Source: Bryobacterales bacterium | Lineage (GTDB): Bacteria; Acidobacteriota; Terriglobia; Bryobacterales; UBA6623 | NCBI GenBank assembly: GCA_040902925.1 | Contig: JBBDWJ010000365.1 | Span: forward strand, 1-59,307 | Direction of reading: 5' to 3' | DNA length: 59,307 nucleotides | Part shown: positions 39,115 to 49,400 of the stretch, one piece after another | Layout: each line of letters opens with the position of its first letter | How positions within the stretch are numbered: the stretch's first letter is position 1 | Program-made: the position numbers and the translations under genes | The notes under the pieces: model-generated | Told to the model about the DNA's origin: nothing | The model's database searches: none | Seen by the model: the letters and a program-made list of their open reading frames with translations, nothing else

Positions 39115-39642
39115 ATGGTGAACGGCAGCGTATTGCGGAACCCGGTGCCCGTGCTCAACGCGAGTTACGAGCCGATCCACGTGTGTGTCGTGCGGCGGGC
39201 TCTTGTGCTTGTGCTCAAGGGGGTCGCTTCGGCCGAGGAACTGGCCGCGGCGCACATTCACTCGGCGTCGCAGGCTATTTCCGTGCCCTCGGTCATCCGG
39301 CTGCTCGAGTACCGCCGAATACCGCGCCAGACTCGCTCGCTGTCGCGCAAGAACATTTTGTTGCGCGACCGCCATACCTGCCAGTACTGCCGCCAGATCT
39401 TTTCGCCTATCGAGTTGACCCTCGACCACGTTATTCCGCGCTCCCGGGGCGGCAAGAGCACCTGGGAAAATCTGGTCACCTGCTGCCGCCGCTGCAACAA
39501 CTGCAAGGGCGACCGGCTGCCCGAGGAAGCCCACATGCTTCTGCAGCGCCGGCCCCGGCCTTTCAGCCTGCACACCAGCCGCAGCCTGATGCGGCAGTTA
39601 GGAAGCTACCAGGAAACTTGGCGCAAATATCTTTTTTATTAG
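39115..39642 (+). CDS. HNH endonuclease family protein (small conserved McrA-like type)
   Basis: Start at ATG 39115 ([20 protein letters not shown]). HNH core [43 protein letters not shown]. Confidence 0.85.
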   Translation: MVNGSVLRNPVPVLNASYEPIHVCVVRRALVLVLKGVASAEELAAAHIHSASQAISVPSVIRLLEYRRIPRQTRSLSRKNILLRDRHTCQYCRQIFSPIELTLDHVIPRSRGGKSTWENLVTCCRRCNNCKGDRLPEEAHMLLQRRPRPFSLHTSRSLMRQLGSYQETWRKYLFY

Positions 39643-39720
39643 AGAATCGGGTATAGGCGTCGATTCCCGCCCTCCACGGTTTCAGGGTTCGCTGCTGCTT
39701 GCGCTACGGGCATGCGATAG

Positions 39721-41583
39721 GTGCTGATGCAGTTCTCCTTTCGCAAATCGAACGTAACCATCACGCGGGAGCGATTGGTCCCTCGACCGGCTGACCCGGC
39801 GGTTCCCACATTCAGCACGCCGTCGAGCGGCGAGCGTAGCCGCGGGGGCCCCTTCGTTGTTTCTCTGGGTCTCCACGTTTTTCTGGCCGGGTCGGTTTTT
39901 CTGGAGAATTACCTGCGGCCGCCGCTCGAGTTGCAGGTGGACTCGGTCGAGCAGTTGCTAGCCGACGACCGCTACGAGTTGACGTGGCCGGTTCGTCCCT
40001 CGGACCTTCCGCCGGTCGAGCCGGTAGAAACGCCCAAAGCCGAGACGCAACAGCCGCAAGGCGACGGTGCGCCGCCGCGTTTCCAACTGCCGCAGCAGGT
40101 GGTAGCCAACGCTCCCGACGCCGCCAGCAGCCGCCAAATGATTTGGGACCAGGCGCCCCAGGTCGAGCTGACCAAAGACGTCCCCGCGCCCAACTTCGTC
40201 GAGCCACCGCGCCCTCAGGTCCAACGGCTACGCTTCGAGCTTGCGGAGGCGCAGCTCCTGGCTCCCGCTCGCCCGGCGCTGGCCGCCGAAAGGGCCCCGG
40301 CGGTGGAAACGTCAGCGCGGTCGAGCTCGCTCGAAGCGATCGGCAAAAGTCCGCCGCTGCGTTACTGGACGCCGGAGACCGAGCCCGCCGCTCCCGAGCG
40401 CCGCGCCTTGGCTCCCGAGACGGCCCCGGAAATCGAAGCCGGACCAGCCCAGGCCCTCGACCTGGACCAGATCCAGCGACAGGCCCGGCTGCGCTATTGG
40501 ACTCCCGAGCAGAAAGCCGCCGAACCCTCAAAACAGGCGCTGGCGGCCGAGAAGGCGCCTGCGATCGCCGCGGCGCCGACAGGGGGCGTCGATGTCGGCC
40601 AGTTCCAGCGCTTGTCGCGGCTTCGCTACCAACAGGCGGAAGCATCGCAAGGGGATGGCGCTGCTCCCCAACCCCGGGCCCTGGAGGCCCCGGAAGGCGC
40701 TCCGGCGCTTCCAATCAACACTGGGCAATCGGCGTCTCGAGGCGGCGCGGATGAGCTGGTCCAGCAGCAGACGCTCGCCGCTCTGGGATCGATCGAGCCA
40801 CCGGCAGCCGGCCGGGCCGTGGTTGGCGTGGATCCGGTTCAGGACGCAAGCGCCGTGGTTCCGCGCGGCGAGCGGGGTGGAAACTTTACGGCCGGACCCG
40901 ACGGCGGCGCCAGCAGCTCCACGGGGGCAGGAAACGGCTCAGTCGAGGGTGACGCGGGCGCCGGCGGGGCGGTTGCGGCGGTTCGTATCCCCAACCTTTC
41001 CGTGACGCCTGCTTCTCCGGGCGCAGCGATAGGTCTCTCCGACAAGCGCCCTCCCGAGCGCGGCACGCCCGAAATCGAGCGCGAGGCGCTGCTGAGTCAG
41101 TTCCGCAACGCCAAACTTTCGCCGCTGCCAGGGGTAGGCGTGGTCGCGAAGGAAGGGCCTCCTGACCCGGAGTTTCCCTTCCCCGGACGCGCCGTCTACA
41201 CCTTGGCGGTGAACATGCCCAACGTCAACAGCTATTCGGGCAGTTGGATCATGGAGTTCGCCGAAGTGAAGAAGGGGGAAGCGATCGACGGCAATTTGCA
41301 GCCGCCCTCCCCGCGATTTAAGGTCGACCCTGTTTACACGCGCGCCGCGATCGACGAACGAGTCGAAGGCGACGTCGTGTTGCACGCCGTGATTCGCAGC
41401 GACGGGCTGGTCGGCCACATTCAGGTCATCAAGAAACTCGACGAACGGCTCGATGAGAGCGCCAAGGCCGCCTTGTCGAAATGGCGCTTCCAGCCCGCGA
41501 CCAAGAATGGAGTGCCGATCGATATCGAAACGGTCGTGCGTATTCCCTTCCGCCTGACTCCTCGATACGACAAAAGACGCTGA
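39721..41583 (+). CDS. TonB-family energy transducer with a long Pro/Ala-rich repeat spacer
   Basis: One N-terminal TM (FVVSLGLHVFLAGSVFL). Extended P/A/E-rich region with four ~43-44-codon repeats. TonB C-terminal domain (PVYTRAAIDERVEGDVVLHAVIRSDGLVGHIQVIKKLDERLDESAKAALSKWRFQPATKNGVPI). Confidence 0.8.
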   Translation: MLMQFSFRKSNVTITRERLVPRPADPAVPTFSTPSSGERSRGGPFVVSLGLHVFLAGSVFLENYLRPPLELQVDSVEQLLADDRYELTWPVRPSDLPPVEPVETPKAETQQPQGDGAPPRFQLPQQVVANAPDAASSRQMIWDQAPQVELTKDVPAPNFVEPPRPQVQRLRFELAEAQLLAPARPALAAERAPAVETSARSSSLEAIGKSPPLRYWTPETEPAAPERRALAPETAPEIEAGPAQALDLDQIQRQARLRYWTPEQKAAEPSKQALAAEKAPAIAAAPTGGVDVGQFQRLSRLRYQQAEASQGDGAAPQPRALEAPEGAPALPINTGQSASRGGADELVQQQTLAALGSIEPPAAGRAVVGVDPVQDASAVVPRGERGGNFTAGPDGGASSSTGAGNGSVEGDAGAGGAVAAVRIPNLSVTPASPGAAIGLSDKRPPERGTPEIEREALLSQFRNAKLSPLPGVGVVAKEGPPDPEFPFPGRAVYTLAVNMPNVNSYSGSWIMEFAEVKKGEAIDGNLQPPSPRFKVDPVYTRAAIDERVEGDVVLHAVIRSDGLVGHIQVIKKLDERLDESAKAALSKWRFQPATKNGVPIDIETVVRIPFRLTPRYDKRR

Positions 41584-41724
41584 GGCTTGCGGCCTGCTGG
41601 GTCTGGCCCTGCTCAGTGTGGCTCTGCTGAGTATGGTTCTTGATGTTGGGGCAAGGCGCAGGATGAGGTCCCGAACCGATTGCGATCGCCTCGCAGCGCC
41701 TGAACAAACAGACCGCGTGCCGGG

Positions 41725-42834
41725 CTACTCGATCCAGCCGCCGCCGATAACCAAATCGTCTTGGTAAAAGACGGCCGCCTGGCCTGGCGTGACTGCCGGC
41801 TGGCGCTCGTCGAACTCGACCTCGACTCGCTGAGGCTCGGCGGTGGGCCGCACGACGGCTGGCGCGGGCCGAAACTGATGGCGGATTTTGGCTTGAACTC
41901 GCAGCGGCTCTCGAAGCCCGGCAATGGAAATCCAATTCACTTGGCCCGCATGGAACCGCTTGCGGAGTAATTCTTCGCGCGGGCCGACGACAACGCGGCG
42001 ATCCGCGGGCTGGATCTCGACAACATACATCGGGCTGCCGACGGCGATACCAAGCCCGCGCCGCTGGCCGATCGTGTAGTGATGAATGCCGGCGTGCTCG
42101 CCAAGCACCCGGCCTTCCGTGGTGACGATGTCGCCGCTTGGCTGTTCGCCGCGGGAGCCCTGTTGATCGAGATAAGACTCCACAAAGCGTGCGTAGTCGC
42201 CGTTGGGAACGAAGCAGATCTCGTGGCTTTCGGGCTTTTGCGCCACCGGGATGTTCAACTCTTGCGCCAGCGCGCGCACTTCCGACTTGAGCATCTCTCC
42301 GAGCGGAAACGACGATCGCTCGAGCTGCGGCTGCGTCAGCCCAAACAGAAAATAGCTTTGGTCGCGGCTCTCATCGACGCCCTTCCGCAGCAGGTAGCGT
42401 CCGCCGGCGGCGTCATGTTCGATTCGCGCGTAGTGGCCCGTTGCGATGCGGTCAGCTCCAACCTGGCGCGCAACATCGAGAAACTGGTCGAACTTGATGA
42501 AGTTGTTGCAGAGCGTGCACGGGATGGGCGTCTTTCCCGAAACATAGTCGCGAACGAAAGGCTCCACCACTTCCTTCTCGAAGCGGTCCTCGAAATTCAA
42601 CACGTAGTAGGGAATGCCCAGAGCGTTAGCTACGTGGCGCGCATCGTACACGTCATCGAGCGAGCAGCAGCGCCCCGTCGCGCCGCCAGATGGAATCAGC
42701 TCGGGCATGCGCTGCTGATTCCAGAGCTGCATCGTCATGCCGACGATGGGCTGGCCGCGGCGATGCAGCAGGCCGGCAGCCGTCGAGCTGTCGACGCCGC
42801 CGCTCATGGCCACTGCGATGAGATCATTCGGCAT
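41725..42834 (-). CDS. mnmA: tRNA 2-thiouridine(34) synthase MnmA
   Basis: Start at MPNDLIAVAMSGGVDSS (PP-loop). CCSLDD, IATGHYAR, KDQSYFL-type block (RDQSYFLFGL). Confidence 0.93.
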   Translation of the reverse strand: MPNDLIAVAMSGGVDSSTAAGLLHRRGQPIVGMTMQLWNQQRMPELIPSGGATGRCCSLDDVYDARHVANALGIPYYVLNFEDRFEKEVVEPFVRDYVSGKTPIPCTLCNNFIKFDQFLDVARQVGADRIATGHYARIEHDAAGGRYLLRKGVDESRDQSYFLFGLTQPQLERSSFPLGEMLKSEVRALAQELNIPVAQKPESHEICFVPNGDYARFVESYLDQQGSRGEQPSGDIVTTEGRVLGEHAGIHHYTIGQRRGLGIAVGSPMYVVEIQPADRRVVVGPREELLRKRFHAGQVNWISIAGLREPLRVQAKIRHQFRPAPAVVRPTAEPQRVEVEFDERQPAVTPGQAAVFYQDDLVIGGGWIE

Positions 42835-42930
42835 GGTTGAATCTGTCAGTTGGGTGCGCAGCCACCTGAGGCCGAGCGGTTTCAACGAGGCTGCAAAAGC
42901 TGCTGCCTGGACCGGGCAGCAGGCCGTCGG

Positions 42931-44088
42931 CTAGCGCGTCGCCGCGGGAGAGAGACTCCTCAAGTGCCCAACGACCGCGGGAATGGCTTCGAGCAAAGCG
43001 TCCACCGCGTCTGGAGTGGTCTGTTTCCCCAAAGAAAACCGCAAAGTGGACTTGGCGCGTTCGGCCGACAGCCCGACCGCCGTCAGCACATGCGATGGCC
43101 GGACGGCGCCGCTCGAACAGGCCGCGCCGCTCGATACCGCGAAGCCGCGCAAATCCAGCGCAATGAGCAGCGCTTCTCCTTCCACGTGGTCAAAACGGAT
43201 GCTCGTGGTGTTCGGCACTCGCGGCGAGCCGCCGTTGACGCTCGCCTGATCGACGCGTTCCAGGATGCCGCGCTCCAGGCGGTCGCGGAGGGCGGAAAGG
43301 CGAGTGCCCTCTGTCTCCAGGCAGTGGGCTGCGAGCTCGGCGGACGCGCCGAGTCCGACGATGCCCGCCACATTTTCCGTCCCAGGGCGCTGGCCGCGCT
43401 CGTGCGAGCCGCCGAACTGGATCGGTTCGAACTCCACGCCCTTGCGGAAATACATCGCCCCGGCGCCTTTGGGCCCGTAGATTTTGTGGCTGCTCAAGCT
43501 GAAGAAATCGACTCCCAGGTCATCGACGTTGGTCGGGATCTTCCCCGCGCTCTGCACCCCGTCGGTATGGAACACCGCACCGGCCTCGCGGGCGATCCGC
43601 GAAATCTCGGCCAGCGGCTGCACGGTGCCGAGCTCATTGTTCGCGTGCATGATGCTGATGAGCACCGTGCCGGGCCGCAAGGCGGCGCGAACATCGTCGG
43701 GAGAAACGACTCCCGACGAGCCCACTTTGACGTAGCTGACCTCGACGCCTTCCTTTTCGAGCGCCTGGCAGGTGTTGAGCACGGCAGGGTGCTCAATCGT
43801 GCTCGTAATGACGTGCTTGCCGCTCCTGGAGGACGCGCGAACCGTCCCCAGGATGGCGATGTTGTCGGATTCCGTGCCGCCGCTAGTGAACAGAATCTCG
43901 CGGGGGCGGCAATGCAGCAGCGCGGCAACCTGCTGCCGCGCGCGCTCGACCAGAGTGCGCGCCGACTGCCCGAAGTGGTGGATGCTCGAGGCGTTACCGT
44001 AGGTCTCGCGGAAACACGGCAGCATCGCCGTCAGTACCTCTTCGGCTACCGGCGTGGTCGCATTGTGATCGAAGTAGTAGCGTTGCAT
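42931..44088 (-). CDS. Cysteine desulfurase (NifS/IscS class V aminotransferase)
   Basis: 385 aa. YFDHNATTP, PLP-lysine region FSLSSHKIYGPKGAGA, active-site loop SSGAACSSG. It lies immediately upstream of mnmA, a sulfur-relay pairing. Confidence 0.93.
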   Translation of the reverse strand: MQRYYFDHNATTPVAEEVLTAMLPCFRETYGNASSIHHFGQSARTLVERARQQVAALLHCRPREILFTSGGTESDNIAILGTVRASSRSGKHVITSTIEHPAVLNTCQALEKEGVEVSYVKVGSSGVVSPDDVRAALRPGTVLISIMHANNELGTVQPLAEISRIAREAGAVFHTDGVQSAGKIPTNVDDLGVDFFSLSSHKIYGPKGAGAMYFRKGVEFEPIQFGGSHERGQRPGTENVAGIVGLGASAELAAHCLETEGTRLSALRDRLERGILERVDQASVNGGSPRVPNTTSIRFDHVEGEALLIALDLRGFAVSSGAACSSGAVRPSHVLTAVGLSAERAKSTLRFSLGKQTTPDAVDALLEAIPAVVGHLRSLSPAATR

Positions 44089-44117
44089 CAGCGGCCCGTG
44101 ACAGTATTGATTATATC

Positions 44118-44906
44118 GTGGGGCCCGGGATCATCACGCTGACAACCGACTTTGGCTTGGCCGATCACTATGTCGGGGTGATGAAAGGGGTGATCGCCAC
44201 GATTCATCCCTCGGTCCAAACAATCGATATCTCTCACGCTGTACGGCCGCATTGCGTGCCCGAAGGCGCCTTCTGCATCGCGCAGACATACCTTTTTTTT
44301 CCGCCCGGCAGCGTTCACCTTGTCGTGGTCGACCCCGGGGTAGGCAGTTCGCGCAGGGCGATCGCCGCGCAGGCGGCGGGCCAATACTTCGTCGCCCCCG
44401 ACAACGGCGTCCTCTCCCAAGTTTTCGAACGCGAAAGCGCCGTCATCCGCGAAATCGATGTCGAGCGCTACGAGCGAAAGCCGGTCAGCCGCACGTTCCA
44501 CGGCCGGGACATTTTCGCGCCCGTCAGCGCCCGGTTATCCAGCGGCACGCCGTTCGAAGAGATTGGCGCGGCGATTCACGACGCCGTGCTGCTGCCTGCG
44601 ACGGCGCCGGTGAAGGTCGATGGCGGCCACTGGCGCGGCTGCGTCTTAAACGTTGACCGGTTCGGTAATATCGTCACTAGTTTTAGGCGGGGATGGCTGG
44701 CCGGCCGCACTGAGGGATTCTCTATGGCCGTAGGGAAGATCGAAGCGCGGCGGCTCGTGGAAAACTACGCTCGCTCCCTCGGCGAGGAGCCGTTCTTGAT
44801 TGAAGGCAGCTCCGGATATTTGGAGCTATCCATCAATCGCCACTCCGCGGCTGCGCGGGCCGGCGTCAAGATCGGCTCCCCAGCCGAATTCTGGGAGAGC
44901 AAATAG
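44118..44906 (+). CDS. SAM hydrolase / SAM-dependent halogenase-family protein (DUF62)
   Basis: GTG start. IITLTTDFGLADHYVGVMKGVI, VVVDPGVGS, APDNGVL, FHGRDIFAP. Confidence 0.85.
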   Translation: MGPGIITLTTDFGLADHYVGVMKGVIATIHPSVQTIDISHAVRPHCVPEGAFCIAQTYLFFPPGSVHLVVVDPGVGSSRRAIAAQAAGQYFVAPDNGVLSQVFERESAVIREIDVERYERKPVSRTFHGRDIFAPVSARLSSGTPFEEIGAAIHDAVLLPATAPVKVDGGHWRGCVLNVDRFGNIVTSFRRGWLAGRTEGFSMAVGKIEARRLVENYARSLGEEPFLIEGSSGYLELSINRHSAAARAGVKIGSPAEFWESK

Positions 44907-45064
44907 AGCTGTCAGCGGAAGTTCTTGCCAAGGATTCCCGCTGCCCTGTCGAAAGAACTGGACCACGAGCCTCATGCAAAGAGGGCGATCACCCAAGGCG
45001 AACCTTCCCGAGCCCATACCGGGCCGGGAAGGTTCTCCTTCGGGTTTTCGAATGATTTCCGCTG

Positions 45065-45799
45065 TTAGGCCTGCGAAGTCCGCCGCTTGCGAACGATGGC
45101 GCCCAACGCCAACAGGCCAGTACCGAACAGGATGACAGTGCCGGGCTCGGGGATTTCAGTACCCGTCGTCCAGCTCAAATTGTCGATACCCGTTCCGATA
45201 TCCGGCGTGCTGAAAGTTACGCGCGCCGTGCGAATCGGGAGACCGCCGCCGCCGAGGTCGGTCAGCGTGAACACGAATCCGTCAGCCTGCACGGCGAGCA
45301 AGTCAAAAGTGGCGGTTCCGACCGCTGGTCCCGTCCAGTCGAGACTAGAGTACGTTTCCAGTGTCACTGTAGCTAACGGCGCCGCTCCACCGTCGCCGCG
45401 GTAGTCGAGCACATCCACGCTCAGATCGGTGAGACCGACGTTGAACGAGAAGAAGTAGTCAAGCGCGAGAACCGGCCCGACCGGTTCGTCGGTAAGAAAC
45501 CCGCTGTCGGATCCGCCTGAAGCGAAGTCGCGCGAGTCGCCGACCTGGAAGGCCGTCGTCGTGAGGTCCGCCGAGTCCGGCTCAGCGCCATAGGCATCGC
45601 CAAGCTCCACGCCGGGTACACAGGGAGGACAGACTAGGGCGTTGTCGCCGGTGTAGAAGCTTACCGTCACCCCGGAGTCGCTGGCAGAGTTGTAGGCGAC
45701 GCCGGATGCAGCGTCGTCAAAATCGATCATTCCCGCCGTCAGCCCGCCAACTGACATCACGAGAGCAACAGCTAAGAGCAGCTTGGTTGGTCGGTGCAT
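45065..45799 (-). CDS. PEP-CTERM sorting-domain secreted protein
   Basis: Start at MHRPTKLLLAVALVMSVGG (signal peptide). C-terminus EIPEPGTVILFGTGLLALGAIVRKRR is a PEP motif, TM segment and basic tail. Confidence 0.8.
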   Translation of the reverse strand: MHRPTKLLLAVALVMSVGGLTAGMIDFDDAASGVAYNSASDSGVTVSFYTGDNALVCPPCVPGVELGDAYGAEPDSADLTTTAFQVGDSRDFASGGSDSGFLTDEPVGPVLALDYFFSFNVGLTDLSVDVLDYRGDGGAAPLATVTLETYSSLDWTGPAVGTATFDLLAVQADGFVFTLTDLGGGGLPIRTARVTFSTPDIGTGIDNLSWTTGTEIPEPGTVILFGTGLLALGAIVRKRRTSQA

Positions 45800-46495
45800 A
45801 GAACAGTCCTTTCGCAGACAAGAATCCCTGGCTTTCGTGATAGAGCAATCCGCAGACCAAAGCAAAGTCCGGTCCGCACGTATTCTAGAATGCTACAACG
45901 TTGCCCAAAACTTCGCAAGCAATGACATTTCTTCGCCAAGGCGATCCGGGCTTATCAATACAGGACTCATAAGTCTCCCGCTGTATGCCGTTGTATGGGA
46001 TATAAGCGACCCCAAGTTGGGACTTGGGACATACAGTACCCTAAAATACATTCTGGAGCCGGAAAACGCCTCAAATGGTCTCTGGCGGGCACTGGTAGTT
46101 CTTGCAAGTGTCACGAAAAATTTACCTGGTCCAAAATAGTACTAGGATGAAATAGTGGCTGGAAGGAACGAAGGTTCTAGTCCCCGGGGCGGTCAAAGCG
46201 CTGTCACCTGCTCCATTCGACACCCTTCGAAAGGTCGTGTTCAGGGCGTCGGCCGCAACCGTGCCGGCGAATCCGCCCGGGGGGTATCGACGCGGAAGGA
46301 AGATCATTCCCCGCCCCAAAGTCGCGAAGAAACAACCCGCGTTTGCGAAAGAGTTTGTGAAAGAATTGGGCTGTGGGCCCGCGACTTCCGCGGCTGCTGC
46401 CGGCGGGCGCCCGACTAAGCCGCCAGGCTAATCGAACGACGGCCCAAACACCCGGCCCGCAACCGTTTCCTGGCGCTCCCGTCTCAACCACGCCC

Positions 46496-49400
46496 ATGAT
46501 CGGACGCACGCTATCCGGCTACGAGATCATCGAGCAGCTTGGCGAGGGGAGCATGGGCGTTGTCTACAAGGCACGCGACCTGCAGCTCGACCGCCTGGTG
46601 GCTTTGAAGGTCCTGCACCGCCGCTTGGCCTCCTCGACCGAATTCGTGGCCCGTTTCGAGCGGGAAGCCAAGGCGATTTCGGCTCTCAACCACCCCAACA
46701 TCGCGACCATCTATGGCGTCGGGCAGGCGGAAGGCCTGCGCTTCCTGATCCTGGAATACCTGCCCGGCGGAACGTTGCGGGCGAAGATCGAAGGGCGCGC
46801 CGACGGCGGCAAACTGCCGGTCTTGGAGGTCGTCGATAGCGCGCTGCAAATCGCCGAGGGACTCGGCCATGCCCACCGGCGCGGCGTCGTGCATCGCGAT
46901 ATCAAGACCGACAACGTGATGCTCAGCGAGGAGGGAGTTCTCAAGGTCACCGACTTCGGTGTAGCAAAAATCGACATGGACCTTGGCCTCACCGAGGAGG
47001 GCAGCTTAGTGGGGACCATGGCCTACATGTCACCCGAGCAGGTGCAGGGCATGCAGGTCGATTTTCGCAGCGACATCTACTCGTTCGGAGTCGTTGTTTA
47101 CGAGCTGGCGACGGGCCAATTGCCGTTCCCGAATTTCCACAGCGCGGCCTTGATCTACGACATCGTCAACTCGCCGCCGCCGCCGATCGCCCAGTTCCGC
47201 CACGACATCCCGGCGTCGCTGGAGCGGATTCTAGGGGCCTGCCTGCGGAAGGAGCCCGAGCAGAGACCCGCCTCCATGGCCGACTTGGCGGGGGCCCTGG
47301 AAGCCTTATGGAACGAGCTGCGCACCGCGACCACGACCAGCCGGCATGACCTCGCCCGCGCCGCCGGCGAGCCGGGCGAACTTGCCGCGGGACGCACCTT
47401 GGGCCACTACCGGCTCGAGAACAAAATCGGCGAGGGAGGCATGGGCGTCGTCTATCGGGCCCGCGATACGCGCCTGGACCGGGCCGTGGCGCTCAAGGTT
47501 CTCAGCGCTCAAGCGGTGGCCAACACGCAGCGCAAGAAACGGTTCGTGCAAGAGGCGAAAGCCGCTTCCGCGCTGAACCATCCCAACATCGTCACCATCC
47601 ACGACATCAGCGAGAGCGGCGGTTTCAACTACATCGCGATGGAATACATCGCGGGCAAGACGTTGGACCGCACCATAACCGGCGGCGGTCTGCCGTTGGC
47701 CGAATCTCTCCGCTATGCCGTGCAGATCGCCGACGCCCTGACGATGGCGCACGGCTCGGGAATCGTGCACCGCGACATCAAGCCCGCCAACGTGATGATC
47801 ACGCCCGATGGGCTGGTGAAGCTGCTCGATTTCGGACTGGCCAAGCTCACCGAGCTCGCCGGCAATCTGTCGGCTTCCGATGCCGCTGAAGGATCGGCCC
47901 AGCCGCCCCATACCGAAGAAGGCGTCATCCTCGGCACCGTGGCGTACATGTCGCCGGAGCAGGCAGAAGGCAAACCGGTCGACGCTCGCTCGGACATCTT
48001 TTCGTTTGGCTCACTGCTGTACGAGATGGTCACGGGGCGGCGGGCTTTCCAGGGCGAATCGAAGATCTCGGTTTTGGCGGCCATCCTGCACCATGACCCG
48101 CCCAGTGTGAGGGAAATCGCCGGCGGAGTGCCCGCCGAAGTGGAGCGCATCATCCTGCGCTGCCTTCGCAAAGACCCCAATCGCCGCGGCCAGCATATGG
48201 CCGACATCAAGGTGGCGCTGCAGGAAGTCCTGGACGAATGGAATTCGACCCGAACCTCGGTGGTGAGCCGCTCGGGGTTGCCGCCGGTAGTCGAGAGCCG
48301 GCCAGGCTGGCGGGGTCCGGCGCTGGGCTTTCTGGCCGGCGCGCTTCTGATTGCGCTTGTGGCATGGCTCTGGCGGCCTCAAAACGACTCCGGCCGAGGC
48401 GCAGCCGGGATTCTCTCGCCCGACGCGGCGGAGTTGATGCTCACGCGCATGACCGGATCAGACACCCTGGGAGTTTCACCCGCCTGGTCTCCCGACGGCG
48501 TGTGGATCTGCTACGCCTCCGGCCGCGCCGGCAACCTCGATCTTTGGAAGCGCCCGCTGCTGGGCGGAGACGAGGTGCAACTGACCTCGACGCCGCAAGC
48601 CGAGACGCAGCCGGCCTGGGCGCCCGACGGGCGGGCGATCGCCTTTTCGGTTCGCGGCCGCGACGGCGGCATCTTCCTGATCCCCGCCGAGGGCGGCCAG
48701 CCCGTCCGTGTCAGTGAATTTGGCGCCAATCCGGCGTGGTCCCCGGATGGGCAAACGCTGGCGTTCGACTGGAACGGCGGGGTGTATCTCGTCCCCTACA
48801 CCGGCGGCGAGCCGCGCCTGCTGACCGCCGGAACCAGCGCCACCCCGCACACGGCTTGGTCGCCCGACGGTTCCCGCGTCGTCTTCTGGAACCGAACGCA
48901 GGGGGACCTGTTGGCGCTGGATATCGGCGGAGGAGAGGCAACGCCGCTGGGGCTGATTCCGGCGGGCGAAGAAGTTGCCGGGCTCGCGTGGTCCGCCGAC
49001 GGGCGCTGGCTGGTGTTCAGCCGCGGCTCATTCGGCGGCAACAAGGATTTGTGGCGTGTGGAGGTTGATCCGGGGTCGGGCAAGCCGCTGGGGCAGCCGG
49101 TGCGACTCACGTTATCCTCCACGGACGACGTGCAGTGCCGCATCTCCGCCGATGGGCTGAAAATCGCGTACACAGCGCAGCAAGTCGAGCGGCACCTGTG
49201 GAGTTTTTCGCTCAACCCCGAAACCGGTCTGGTTCGCGGAGAGCCAGAGCGAATCACAATGGTCGGCGAGCGAAACTACTACCCGGCCGTCTCGCCCGAC
49301 GGGCAGTCGCTGCTATGGACCTCGCAGAACGCCGGGCAGGGCATGATCTATCACAAGCGGCTGGGGGAAGCCGAAGAGCGCAAGCTGACCGGGGAGCGAG

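Noticed and set aside
41584-41724. Possible small hydrophobic peptide (..GLLGLALLSVALLSMVLDV..) or heptamer array between tonB and mnmA
   Set aside because: The frame has no canonical start codon and no consistent 7-nt unit. It more likely represents terminator hairpins (gctcag..ctgagt) between convergent genes.
45783-46139. 118-aa (+) and 73-aa (-) ORFs in the AT-rich spacer
   Set aside because: They have no motifs. The first overlaps the start region of the PEP-CTERM gene and the two overlap each other on opposite strands. The ORF 46373-46495 upstream of the kinase Met is likewise just an in-frame 5' extension.
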